From positions 58,998 to 122,997 of the IMG/VR virus record IMGVR_UViG_3300018080_008436: 64,000 bases of DNA. One strand, given 5' to 3'. Below the pieces are notes generated by a model. The model made no database searches. It saw nothing but the letters and a program-made list of their open reading frames with translations, and had not been told where the DNA came from. How positions within the stretch are numbered: position 1 is the first letter of the stretch; every line of letters starts with the position of its first letter. This DNA is from a virus. The translations under genes were made by a program, and so were the position numbers. Of this stretch, positions 20,468 through 29,925 are shown in pieces.

Positions 20468-20587
20468 TGGTGGCTCAGGTAGGATTTTACCTACAATGCA
20501 TGTTGGGGGATTTCGGCCAGCTATACCTGTAACCTACACCAATCATTGCAAGGATTGGTACTTCGCGTATAGTTCCGCCACTGAGCC
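20468..20587 (-). ncRNA. tRNA-like stable RNA (~117 nt + CCA)
   Basis: Acceptor pair GGCTCAG/CTGAGCC and an encoded CCA, a T-arm-like hairpin GTAGG-TAAAAT-CCTAC, and internal hairpins (ACCAATC...GATTGGT). Confidence 0.35.
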
Positions 20588-20826
20588 ATAAAAATGTTTC
20601 TGGTAGGTTTTGCACCTACATCCTGATGAGACTCACCGTGTAGTACAGCATTACCAAAGGCACTCTGCCGCCCCATTACGACATCAAACGCGACACTTTA
20701 AGCTCACACTATCAAGAAGGAGGTCACCGCACACTGGGTCAAATAGTGACTTTCCGAGCTTGCCTGCGGGTTACCCCGCTTCAGAAACAGTAAATTGTTA
20801 AAGATCACTTTTCTCTTTCGAGAAAT

Positions 20827-20927
20827 TGGTAGCGAGAGCAGGAATCGAACCTGCGTCAACAGAGATCATGACTCTCTGTGGGAAAGCTCATTTCGTTTCG
20901 GAAAGAGCGACCAACATCCTTCTCGCA
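20827..20927 (-). ncRNA. tRNA-like with CAU anticodon loop and an extra 23-nt hairpin in the D region
   Basis: T-arm GCAGG-TTCGATT-CCTGC, 3' TCTCGCT-A-CCA end, and anticodon stem-loop CAGAGA-GUCAUGA-UCUCUG. A GCTCTTTCCGAAACGAAATGAGC hairpin is inserted, and positions 1 and 72 are T and T. Confidence 0.35.
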
Positions 20928-20928
20928 T

Positions 20929-21017
20929 TGGTAGCGGAGGCAGGACTCGAACCTGCGAGGAATTTTACTTCCTTCTGGCTTATGAGACCAGCGAGTTACC
21001 AACTACTCTACTCCGCA
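20929..21017 (-). tRNA. type-II (long-variable-arm) tRNA with CAU anticodon
   Basis: Folds cleanly as TGCGGAG-TA-GAGT-AGTTGGTA-ACTC-G-CTGGT-CTCATAA-GCCAG-[AAGGAAGTAAAATTCCTC]-GCAGG-TTCGAGT-CCTGC-CTCCGCT-A-CCA. The discriminator is A73 and positions 1 and 72 are U and U. Confidence 0.6.
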
Positions 21018-21077
21018 ATCAACATGTTACTAGTATAACTCATGTAAAAGAGATTTCAAGCCCAAAGAAAAAAAAAT

Positions 21078-21785
21078 CTAATCAAGCCATTTTTCGCTCT
21101 GGTCCCCAAGGATCTCTTTTACAGATCCATACAGATTTTGAACAATATCAGTTCTGTGTAATTTTATCCTACACACTCCATAGGGATGCTTAACCTTCCT
21201 GCTAGATGTGTGGTAATTTTGTTTAACAGTGGCTTTGTTCAAATTCTCTTTTGACAAACCTAGAACACCCAGCCAATAAGTTTCTATATCTTCAAGGGTC
21301 AATCCATTGTTGGTATAACAATTTATCCTAACCTTCCATTCTCTTTCTTCGACAGAAAAAAACTCGTTGACACAATCAAAGAAATATCTCACCAACATTG
21401 GGTCTGTGTTAGAAAACGCAACATAATTTCTTGCTTTATCACCCTCTGCGATAAATAGCGCGTAAAAGAATCCTTTCTTGATAGAAGCTTTATCGCTATT
21501 TTTTATGTGATACCTTCCATTACTTTGGCATTTCACTCTCTTTTCCCTAAGCTGTCGATTCTTAGTCTCATGAGCGATTTTAATATCACTTCCGCTTTTT
21601 TTCAAGTTTAATGCAAATTCTTCAGGAACAATCACGTCACGAACCCAAAGGCTAACAGTGCTTTTGGCAACACTTAGCTCATTTGCAATCATCCCCAAAG
21701 ACCACCCTCTTTTTCGGAGGGAGATAGCTTGTTCTTTTTCTTTCTTTTTCATTTTCGAACCTCTGTTTTCGAACCTATATTTCAT
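21078..21785 (-). CDS. HTH DNA-binding protein, possibly a homing endonuclease
   Basis: N-terminal HTH (LRKRGWSLGMIANELSVAKSTVSLWVRD) and a weakly LAGLIDADG-like segment (GFFYALFIAEGDK). It sits directly beside the tRNA cluster, as seg-type endonucleases do in T4. Confidence 0.4.
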   Translation of the reverse strand: MKYRFENRGSKMKKKEKEQAISLRKRGWSLGMIANELSVAKSTVSLWVRDVIVPEEFALNLKKSGSDIKIAHETKNRQLREKRVKCQSNGRYHIKNSDKASIKKGFFYALFIAEGDKARNYVAFSNTDPMLVRYFFDCVNEFFSVEEREWKVRINCYTNNGLTLEDIETYWLGVLGLSKENLNKATVKQNYHTSSRKVKHPYGVCRIKLHRTDIVQNLYGSVKEILGDQSEKWLD

Positions 21786-21822
21786 TGTTCGAAATTCTCG
21801 TTCGAGTTACCTTCACAAATTT

Positions 21823-22230
21823 TTATTCTTCTTTGATAACCTCTTTCGGTTCTAAAGTATGAAACTCATAATCGATATCAGTTTTATTTCCCCAGATGCC
21901 TCTAAACACTATCTTTTTAGCAGTAACCTCTCCAGTAATAAATGATTTTTTATAAAAAATCTTGAACTTGTCATCTTCCAGGATAATTGCTCTGAAATAA
22001 TCTTCCTCTTCCACTGCCGAATATTTAATCGCAATTGGGCTTTCTTCTTTATCGACAGCAATTGCTACACTCAAAATTCCAGTCATCATCGAAATAAAGC
22101 AAAATAAACAAAAAATAGTGTGCCAATCACAACCTCTGGAGTCAGAGTTGTCAAAAAAATTCTTATAAATAGTGAATAAGAGACCCAAAAGTGCGAACGA
22201 AATAAAACAAATCATTAATAACTTGATCAT
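21823..22230 (-). CDS. hypothetical membrane protein
   Basis: Two transmembrane helices. Confidence 0.35.
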   Translation of the reverse strand: MIKLLMICFISFALLGLLFTIYKNFFDNSDSRGCDWHTIFCLFCFISMMTGILSVAIAVDKEESPIAIKYSAVEEEDYFRAIILEDDKFKIFYKKSFITGEVTAKKIVFRGIWGNKTDIDYEFHTLEPKEVIKEE

Positions 22231-23012
22231 CGTTTCCGATTCCTTGTCGCTGACCTGGGATCATATGGCTTGCAGGACTTCTTATTTAAGTATTTTGCAA
22301 CGTCATTGTAAGATATGGGACTGAACCCCCATACATCTACTCCTACGTCCATTGAGAGGGCATCTGGGTCTTCTTCCAAGGTTCCATGCGAATGGCCGTA
22401 AAGATGATAAGAACCATAATGAGAGGCATCCCAAACCCTCATCGCAAAATGCATAAGGCAAACCTTCCTTACTCCATCACTCGCATCATCATCTTTTACC
22501 TTTAAAAGGAAATAATCCTTTATCCACCCCATCTTGTCTTGGTAAAGATTAGTGCTATGATCATGATTTCCTTTAACAAGATAAATTCTCCCATTAAGTC
22601 TGTTAATAAGATCCAAGATCGGACCTCTATCTCTGCCCCAACAGAAGTCTCCTAGATGGAAAACCACTCCATTTTCAGGAACTACACTGTTCCAGTTGGC
22701 AATGATGGTTTCGTCATGTTTTTCAACAGTCTCTTGACTGATTCTCAGCTTACGACACTCTTTTACTTCTTCTGGTTCTCTAGGGAAGTCTTCCCCCAAT
22801 TCTCTTGCTTTCTCTTTTTGGTCAAGATAGCACTTTCCAGCGGCTGATTCGAAGAATGCTATCTGAGCATCCACTACTGCCTGTTCATGCTTACTCATGA
22901 ATGGGCGGTTACAATATTTGATAATGTTATTATGCCCGAAATGAGTATCTGACGTAAAGAAAACTATGTCTTTATTTCTTTCCATTGTCTTTCCTTTCGT
23001 AATTTTTTTCAA
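22227..23012 (-). CDS. calcineurin-like metallophosphoesterase
   Basis: Motifs FFTSDTHFGH, GDF and GNHD identify a metallophosphatase. Confidence 0.7.
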   Translation of the reverse strand: MKKITKGKTMERNKDIVFFTSDTHFGHNNIIKYCNRPFMSKHEQAVVDAQIAFFESAAGKCYLDQKEKARELGEDFPREPEEVKECRKLRISQETVEKHDETIIANWNSVVPENGVVFHLGDFCWGRDRGPILDLINRLNGRIYLVKGNHDHSTNLYQDKMGWIKDYFLLKVKDDDASDGVRKVCLMHFAMRVWDASHYGSYHLYGHSHGTLEEDPDALSMDVGVDVWGFSPISYNDVAKYLNKKSCKPYDPRSATRNRKR

Positions 23013-23189
23013 ACACTGATGTCGAGACGTAGTATTTGTCTTTTGTTGTGGTATTCATCAGTGCAACTTTCTTTCCTGTCATCCCATAGACTGTTGTCTC
23101 TTGGGCAACTACTTCGACTTCGGTTCCTTTTCCAGAACCATACTTCTGAACATAGATCATTGATTTGCTCCGAAAGATGTGTTTTGGGG

Positions 23190-23480
23190 CTATTTTGTTA
23201 ATTCATGGGGGAAGTCGTATCTTTTTCCCAGAAAAATCAACTCAAATATGTTAGCTTTCCTCAAGCTCTTGTTACTGGTTTTCACTGCATGCAGTTTACC
23301 AGTCCGAGTGATAAGGACGAGTTGATCTTTTTCGACAGAGTAGACCTTCCAATACTTGTCTACATCATAGTTATAGTTTTCACCATGAACTTCGGGCCGA
23401 ACGTTTTTTGCTCTCGGACCTGGGTGGTTCGAGTTTTTGTGAACTTGGAATACGACCTTGTCTCCTACCTTGAACTTCAT
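23190..23480 (-). CDS. hypothetical protein
   Basis: 96-aa ORF. Confidence 0.3.
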   Translation of the reverse strand: MKFKVGDKVVFQVHKNSNHPGPRAKNVRPEVHGENYNYDVDKYWKVYSVEKDQLVLITRTGKLHAVKTSNKSLRKANIFELIFLGKRYDFPHELTK

Positions 23481-23497
23481 AATGTCTTCCTCAACAG

Positions 23498-23881
23498 TTA
23501 GTTAAAGACCTTGTTCAATACTTTAACCGTCTTTTCTACAAAGTCAAGCTTTCCTATGTCTTTTTTACTGATATACTTCCATTTAGAAGATTCTTCATTG
23601 ATTTTTGGTTTTTTATCGCTTTCTCCAATGTATACAGCCATATCACCATAGTTGCCGAGGAACTTGACATTTTTGGGAGTGATCCCTGCCTCTTCCTGAC
23701 ATTCTCGTATGGCTCCTTCTTTGTATGTTTCTCCCTTCTTGAGTCCACCTCCAGGGAGATTCCACTTATCAGGATTATTCTCAGACTCTTTACTCCTTTT
23801 CAGGACAAGCACTTCGCCCTTCTTGTTCTTGACAACAAAAGCGGCTGAATCAATTTTCTTTCCCACTCTAATTATCTTCAT
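23498..23881 (-). CDS. NUDIX hydrolase
   Basis: Nudix box LPGGGLKKGETYKEGAIRECQEEAGI. Confidence 0.75.
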   Translation of the reverse strand: MKIIRVGKKIDSAAFVVKNKKGEVLVLKRSKESENNPDKWNLPGGGLKKGETYKEGAIRECQEEAGITPKNVKFLGNYGDMAVYIGESDKKPKINEESSKWKYISKKDIGKLDFVEKTVKVLNKVFN

Positions 23882-24145
23882 TAGTCTAAGTTCACATGTT
23901 TGTAGAATCCATTGGGAGGTAAGATCCTAATGATTCTATCTGTTCCTCTTTCTCTGATCACTGGTACGCTAAACTCGTTAGCGCCACAACCTGGAACGTA
24001 ATCTACATAATATTTCCTTTGTTGTTCAATGTGTTCGCATCCAGTAAGTGACAAAAAAAGGATCAGTATAAATACTAACTTCTTCATATATGATCTCCAA
24101 TACGTTGCCACTATTACTTAGAACAAATTGAAAGAAAACCCTTTA

Positions 24146-24760
24146 TTACCAGCGACATTCGTTTTGGCGAAATTTCACCTTTTTAAGTCTAAGTTTCATC
24201 CTAAGTCTTCCAAGCCAGGACTCTCTTCGCTTCTTTGACTCTATTTCCTGATCATAGAATTTAGAGTAGTCTTCTAAGTTTAGACTGAACTCTGGCGACC
24301 TCATACCTCTATAAATGTCATATTCAACAGGGTTAAAGACAGCATGGTCGTGCATTCTTAAAAAGAATTCCGCAAGAAACGATTGAAACTTTTGGTTCTC
24401 TTTGGAGATGTCAAACTGATATGGAATCCTAAACAGTTTGAAAAAGTCGTTCCACCACTTTTTTCTTTTGATAATTTTTACTATTCCTATGATACTATTT
24501 TCCTTCATGTCATCAAGGACTTCTTCTTCCTTCCTGCACCATGCTTCGAATTCCTCATCAGTCGCCCCATATTTCATGATTGGAAGAGCCACATTGTGGT
24601 CATCAATGTAATCCTTTTCCTCTTTCTTATCCCTAGCTTTCATTTCATTCGAAACGGCCCCCAGGTGTACTATTCCGAAGTCGGAAGATATATGTTTTGA
24701 AGCAACTTTCTTGATATTCTTTTCAATATAATTCTCGGCATTTTCACTGTCAGTATTCAT
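24146..24760 (-). CDS. hypothetical protein
   Basis: 204-aa ORF. Confidence 0.4.
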   Translation of the reverse strand: MNTDSENAENYIEKNIKKVASKHISSDFGIVHLGAVSNEMKARDKKEEKDYIDDHNVALPIMKYGATDEEFEAWCRKEEEVLDDMKENSIIGIVKIIKRKKWWNDFFKLFRIPYQFDISKENQKFQSFLAEFFLRMHDHAVFNPVEYDIYRGMRSPEFSLNLEDYSKFYDQEIESKKRRESWLGRLRMKLRLKKVKFRQNECRW

Positions 24761-24836
24761 AAAATAAACTCCTGTACAATTTTATACATTATACAGGAGT
24801 TTCAAAAAATACTGAAATTTGCACTAAGTTAGTGAA

Positions 24837-25361
24837 TCATTCTTCGTCTTCTTCGATGGCCTCATCATCGTTTCCACATCTTGCAAAGACGGCATCGAGC
24901 AGTCGTCTTTTGTCTTCCTTATCAGGTTTGGTTTCATCAACCTTTTGGGTCAAAACATTTGCGACTACTTTCTCGACAAAATCCTCTGCGTTTTTTCTGC
25001 CCATTTCAAAGGCGATCTTATTAATCGCTTCACGTCTGCCTTTTTTGAATGCTGAGACAACTGCTTTCTTATCTGCTCCTGAGAATTTGACAGCGGATAG
25101 ATCCACTTCATCCATGAGTTTGGTGGCAACTTCCTGGACCCTCTCCTTGATCAATCTATTGATAAATCCATCATGCCAGTCGTGCCATTCGATCTTCTTT
25201 CCCCAGAAATCAATACGGAATCCAAGTCTGTGGAGCACAGCTTGTTTCAGCGCTTGAGGGATAGCCTCTTTGAGTTGTTCTTCAAGTTTCTCCTGATCAA
25301 TCTCTGTCAAAAATTTATCAGCAAGTTTCTCGACTTCTTTAGCGAATTCTTTCTCATTCAT
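24837..25361 (-). CDS. hypothetical charged protein
   Basis: 174-aa ORF. Confidence 0.4.
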   Translation of the reverse strand: MNEKEFAKEVEKLADKFLTEIDQEKLEEQLKEAIPQALKQAVLHRLGFRIDFWGKKIEWHDWHDGFINRLIKERVQEVATKLMDEVDLSAVKFSGADKKAVVSAFKKGRREAINKIAFEMGRKNAEDFVEKVVANVLTQKVDETKPDKEDKRRLLDAVFARCGNDDEAIEEDEE

Positions 25362-25364
25362 TGT

Positions 25365-25688
25365 TTACCATTTCCCTTTGTTCTTGGATTCCCACGCTTT
25401 TTGACGTTGTTCCAAAGTGTTATTCGTTGTTGGTTCAGATTTTGGTTCAGATTTTGGTTCAGGTTTTGGTTCAGGTTTTGGTTCAGGTTTCTGAGTGACT
25501 TGCACATCAGGCTTCTTGGATTCTACTTCCACCCTCATCTCCACCTTAGGTTTCCGATCCGGTTCCTCTTTTTTCTTTGAAGTGGTTGGTGACAAAATAA
25601 GCCAAGCGATGACAATCCAGAAAATATACTCTGGGGCATCATTTAAAAGGCAAATTACTACTGCAACGATAGCGATGGTTGTGAGCAT
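25365..25688 (-). CDS. small membrane protein with PEPK tandem repeats
   Basis: N-terminal transmembrane helix followed by KPEPKPEPKPEPKSEPKSEP, encoded by a 12-bp tandem DNA repeat at about 25430-25495. Confidence 0.45.
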   Translation of the reverse strand: MLTTIAIVAVVICLLNDAPEYIFWIVIAWLILSPTTSKKKEEPDRKPKVEMRVEVESKKPDVQVTQKPEPKPEPKPEPKSEPKSEPTTNNTLEQRQKAWESKNKGKW

Positions 25689-25943
25689 GCGTCATCCTTT
25701 GATTATTTGTGATTTCTGATCCTCTTCAACGATGCGATTCCAATACTTCATCATTATTTTATCAACTTTCATTACGTTTGATGAAACATGGATATTAACA
25801 GCCCGTATCTCATCATGAGTACCATGTTCTAAAACATAGCTGAGAAATTTAACGACTTGAGTAAGGGTTTCCTTTTCCGTTAAATCATTATTATCCATAG
25901 CATACCTCCAATATAGCTCAAAACTTGAGATTGTCAAGTCAAA

Positions 25944-28900
25944 TTAGCTTGTTTTGAAGATATTATACCAATCATGCTGATAAACGAGATCATCTTCGTC
26001 ATCTCCTGGCTGATAGCCTGGAGGACGAGGACCACCTGGATCGTCAATGACCCTTGGGACATATGTATCCTTTTGTGGAACTTTTTTAGCTTCTTCAATG
26101 TATTGGATTACTCTTTCATAAGCAATCCTTCCACTCTTAGTCTGTAGAACTCTTCCTTCGAAAAGTGCGTCAAGTTGTTTTATGATCTGAAGTTTGATTT
26201 CTGGGGATGGGGGATTCTTGCTGATGTTGTATGCTTTAAGAGCGGCCCTTCTGATTAATCGCTCATTCTTCTTCAACATAGGATATGAGTTCATGATTCT
26301 GGTTAGCTCTTTATAATCACCCCTTTCCAAAGCAGTCTCAGCGACTCCTACGGCTCTCTTAGACTCTCTTGATCTAAATTCCTCCACATGCTTCTCTGTT
26401 ACAATTGGTTTGCCGTAAAGATCTTGAATCTGTTTGATTATTGTATCATAATATGGATCACCTTTGTAGAACATACACATTGTGCTTAAGGTAACACATT
26501 TCTTATAAAATGCTGGATTTTTGGCAAGTCTTCCGCCATATAAATCATTAATACCTTTCATTTTGTCAAGAGGACTTTCTCCAGAATCAGAACCGTCTCT
26601 TATGTTGTTCCAGTTCAAGTATGTGCTTGTAGCATATGCTACAGCTTCTCCTAAAGAATCATCTGCGATTTCCTGAACCTTCTCTTTGATAAGCTTACCC
26701 CTGGTTCTCTTGTTCAGTTCCCCTATCTTTTCCCTATCACCTCTAGCAAATGCTGTCTGAGCATCTCTCTTTATACTTTGGTAAGTCTTCTCTGCAATAT
26801 CTTGGTAATATGGTTTAAGTGGAGTTCCGATCAATCTCTTGAAATCGTTGTAATACCCTTCTGTTTGATCCCAGCTAGTGTTCATGTCTGACAAAATCCT
26901 AGAAGCATGAGTAACTGAACGTTGAAGAAACCTTTCAGTATCAAAAAGATCACCTTTGAAGTTTTGGTTCAGAAGAATTAACTGATTATAGTTACTAGCA
27001 TCAAGGTGATTAATAGCTACTTCAGTAGCCTGTTGAATTGCTTGCTGATAAATTCGTTCATAATGCACCCCTCTAGAAAGTTCATTGTTTAATACCCTAT
27101 CAACCTGTTGGAAAAGATCTGGGTTATGAACCATCCATGTTGAACTCATCCTGATTACAGCTTCTTTGACTTCGTCTCTTGCACTTAACTCTGGGAATCT
27201 CTCCAAAATATCTCTAAATGCTGTTAGATCATTCTCTGCTAAATAGTTGATCACTTTATTTTCAGCAAGTCCTAGTGCTCCCTCATAAATAACATCAAAA
27301 TATTTCGGTTCGGATAACTTCTCATCAAAGAAATCATTTAAATTGTTAAAGGCCATTTGGTCTTCCACAAGCATTAATGAAGCTCTTTCAAGCATCATTT
27401 CAAATGCCTCTTCTTTGAACTCATCCAAATTCTCTTTAAGGTCAAAGTGAACTCTTATGTTATTAAATTTGTTGAAATTATTATCTTTAATTGCATCAAT
27501 ACAAGCTTCTGTAGCTACACCCTTAAATAAAGGCGCGGCCCCAGATTGATTAATGATTGCCTGAACATCATAAAGTAAAGTTTTTTGGGTGGCACTTTCT
27601 CTTTGATTCACCAGCCTCATATAAGCTTGGAAAGCTAAGTCTTGGACTTCTTTGTGTTTAACGGGGATTGATCCCATTTGGTTGTTCAATTTAGCAAAAT
27701 CAACCCTTTGTGTATTAAGGTAATCTTTTGCACCTTCTTCGATAATAGTTTCCAACTCTTTTTTAATGAGTTCGATGGATAACTGTTGTACCACTGGGTC
27801 TTTCTTTAAAAAAGAGTATCGGCCTAAATTAAACTCAACTTCATTTGGAGAAATAGATACTAATCTATCTCGACAAACTTTGTGAAATCTCGATGCTTGG
27901 ATTTCTTTGCGCATACCATCAATTTCTTTCTTGTGGTCTTTGGCTTCATTCAACGTCCATCTGACTTTCTTGACATCTTCTCTTCGTCTTGCCTCATCCT
28001 CTTCAGTCTCGCCTCTGGTTTTCCTCAAAGCTTGTTCTTGCTTTGCTGAATCTTGAATTTTTGCATTTATCTTAGCATCCATATTTTCAAGACCATTTAT
28101 ATAAGCATCTGCTTTGGCAGAATAGAACAAATTCTCAACTTTTGAAAGCTTTGTGATCTCCTTCCTATTTACCCACATTCGATTCTTTTCATTTCGAAGT
28201 GATTCAATTTTCTTCCTAACCTCTGCAACAAGTTTTTCTAAAGGTAAATTTAGTTTTATATTCGCTTTCTCTAAAGCTATCGTCAATTCAGATCTTCCGA
28301 GACCTTGCCTTACCTTCTTTTCAAAAAGTTCATCATCTATTTTAAAACCATATTGACTAAGAAGTTTTCCTTTATCTCCTTTATGCAAGTCAGCGAAGCA
28401 CTCATCCATGTTACTGACTGCTCCTTTGGAGAATTTATCAATTGTACTATTGTCTAAGTAATAGAAAGCATGCCCATTAGAAGTTATCTCTGGATCACTC
28501 ACCATATTAGTAATTTCTTCGATGTTTTTCCCAGATAGGTCTTTAACCCTTTCCTCGTCTTCACGAAGTTTTTTGAGGTTGTAGTGACCGGTCTTGTTCA
28601 TCTCAGAATTGATATGTGGATGTCTTTGACAGAGATTATATACTTTGTCAGCATACGGGACGATAGTGATATCCTTATTATTCAGCCCTCTAACTTCTTG
28701 TATTCGGCTACCGATGAACCTGATCGCCACTCTTGGGGCACCACCCTCTACATAGAACCAGAAATCTCCTTGGTAAGTATAATCTTTTGCGGTTCCAAGT
28801 CCACCTATGCACCATCCAGCACTATTAGTCAACATACTAATAATCTTGCCTCTGGCATCAGAAGTGGTTACATCCAGACCCCTAATTTGATTTCTAATAT

Positions 28901-29846
28901 CCTCTGGGTATTTTATTTTGGCACCGACATTTCTTCCACCAGGGATAACAACCCAATCATTCTTAAGCCCCTTAATATCTTCTTGAGAGACTTTATTAAG
29001 AGCATCTTCACCTTCGAGGTTCTTTTGTGTATTAAAATATGATGAAAATATTTGCTTATTACCCAGTGGCCTTTTGGAACTCTTCATCTCTTCATAGATA
29101 GGAGCAAGTTCTTCTTTCTTCGCCAAGGCTTCTTGTAAGTTTTCTTCAGCTTTTTTGATAACTACAGGTGCTTCATTTTTCTTTTTAAGTTGATTAACCT
29201 GATTGGTCAACTTAGACACTTGTTTGTTCAAGTTCTGGTAAACTGATGCTGTTTTTTCCTCCAAAACATAGATTCCACTTTCTATGTCTTCCTGCGTAAT
29301 TCCAAATTTTGCTAAGGTCTGAGTCTTAAGTCGATCACCAGCAAGTGCCTGCATATAGTTGTCAATCTTCGGAACGGACATCTCTTCATAAGATGCTTGC
29401 AAAACCTTATCTGTTGGTTCTGCGAGGGGACTGTTGGCAACAGAAACGGAAAGAATATAAAGGAAAGGATTGCTAAGTCTGTAAGTAAATTCTTTTGGTT
29501 GTTCGCCAAATAGAAGGTTCTCCCACTTAGGGATCTGCATCATGGCTTTAAGATAAACTCTTCTGTCTTGGTAAGATAACTCTTGCTTTTGAAGATCTTT
29601 GGCATCGAAGGTTAAAATCTTCTCAAAGTTAGCCTTGGATTTTTCTAAGAGTTCTTTAGCTTTTCCACTGACAATAAACTTGTCGATTTCTGCTCGTAAG
29701 CTTTTCTCATCATTGATGGCCTGCCAGTCAAGGTAGGCTCCACCTTTTCTATCTTCCAGGTTACAGATATTGATTAAGAGGGGATCAGTGGGATTTCCTG
29801 CACTTTTCAGCTTCTCTTCAACTTTTGCAATTTTAATGAATTTCAT
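25944..29846 (-). CDS. large hypothetical protein (1300 aa)
   Basis: The longest ORF in the window, with no recognisable catalytic motif and a coiled-coil segment around residues 200-250. It may be a virion or injected protein. Confidence 0.5.
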   Translation of the reverse strand: MKFIKIAKVEEKLKSAGNPTDPLLINICNLEDRKGGAYLDWQAINDEKSLRAEIDKFIVSGKAKELLEKSKANFEKILTFDAKDLQKQELSYQDRRVYLKAMMQIPKWENLLFGEQPKEFTYRLSNPFLYILSVSVANSPLAEPTDKVLQASYEEMSVPKIDNYMQALAGDRLKTQTLAKFGITQEDIESGIYVLEEKTASVYQNLNKQVSKLTNQVNQLKKKNEAPVVIKKAEENLQEALAKKEELAPIYEEMKSSKRPLGNKQIFSSYFNTQKNLEGEDALNKVSQEDIKGLKNDWVVIPGGRNVGAKIKYPEDIRNQIRGLDVTTSDARGKIISMLTNSAGWCIGGLGTAKDYTYQGDFWFYVEGGAPRVAIRFIGSRIQEVRGLNNKDITIVPYADKVYNLCQRHPHINSEMNKTGHYNLKKLREDEERVKDLSGKNIEEITNMVSDPEITSNGHAFYYLDNSTIDKFSKGAVSNMDECFADLHKGDKGKLLSQYGFKIDDELFEKKVRQGLGRSELTIALEKANIKLNLPLEKLVAEVRKKIESLRNEKNRMWVNRKEITKLSKVENLFYSAKADAYINGLENMDAKINAKIQDSAKQEQALRKTRGETEEDEARRREDVKKVRWTLNEAKDHKKEIDGMRKEIQASRFHKVCRDRLVSISPNEVEFNLGRYSFLKKDPVVQQLSIELIKKELETIIEEGAKDYLNTQRVDFAKLNNQMGSIPVKHKEVQDLAFQAYMRLVNQRESATQKTLLYDVQAIINQSGAAPLFKGVATEACIDAIKDNNFNKFNNIRVHFDLKENLDEFKEEAFEMMLERASLMLVEDQMAFNNLNDFFDEKLSEPKYFDVIYEGALGLAENKVINYLAENDLTAFRDILERFPELSARDEVKEAVIRMSSTWMVHNPDLFQQVDRVLNNELSRGVHYERIYQQAIQQATEVAINHLDASNYNQLILLNQNFKGDLFDTERFLQRSVTHASRILSDMNTSWDQTEGYYNDFKRLIGTPLKPYYQDIAEKTYQSIKRDAQTAFARGDREKIGELNKRTRGKLIKEKVQEIADDSLGEAVAYATSTYLNWNNIRDGSDSGESPLDKMKGINDLYGGRLAKNPAFYKKCVTLSTMCMFYKGDPYYDTIIKQIQDLYGKPIVTEKHVEEFRSRESKRAVGVAETALERGDYKELTRIMNSYPMLKKNERLIRRAALKAYNISKNPPSPEIKLQIIKQLDALFEGRVLQTKSGRIAYERVIQYIEEAKKVPQKDTYVPRVIDDPGGPRPPGYQPGDDEDDLVYQHDWYNIFKTS

Positions 29847-29925
29847 ACGTCAATACACAAAAAAAGGATCTCATCCTATATCTTTCCAAAGGATGAGACC
29901 CTTAACCTGCTATATTGACAAAAAA

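Noticed and set aside
20385-20830. A tmRNA (ssrA) in the irregular tRNA-like region.
   Set aside because: The elements are too short (80-160 nt), and I see no resume codon or tag-reading frame.
20151-21193. ORFs 20151..20360, 20610..20801, 20795..21193 and 20826..21038 in the tRNA region.
   Set aside because: They overlap tRNA and tRNA-like genes and have no coding signal. They are treated as spurious.
25944-29846. The 1300-aa ORF as a candidate single-effector Cas (Cas12-like or Cas10-like) for the nearby array.
   Set aside because: I found no RuvC-I/II/III, HD or GGDD palm motif. The ORF is also 32 kb from the array.
25944-29846. The 1300-aa ORF as the T4 gp34 long tail fibre (1289 aa).
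   Set aside because: No sequence similarity at the N-terminus, and none of the repeat pattern of gp34.
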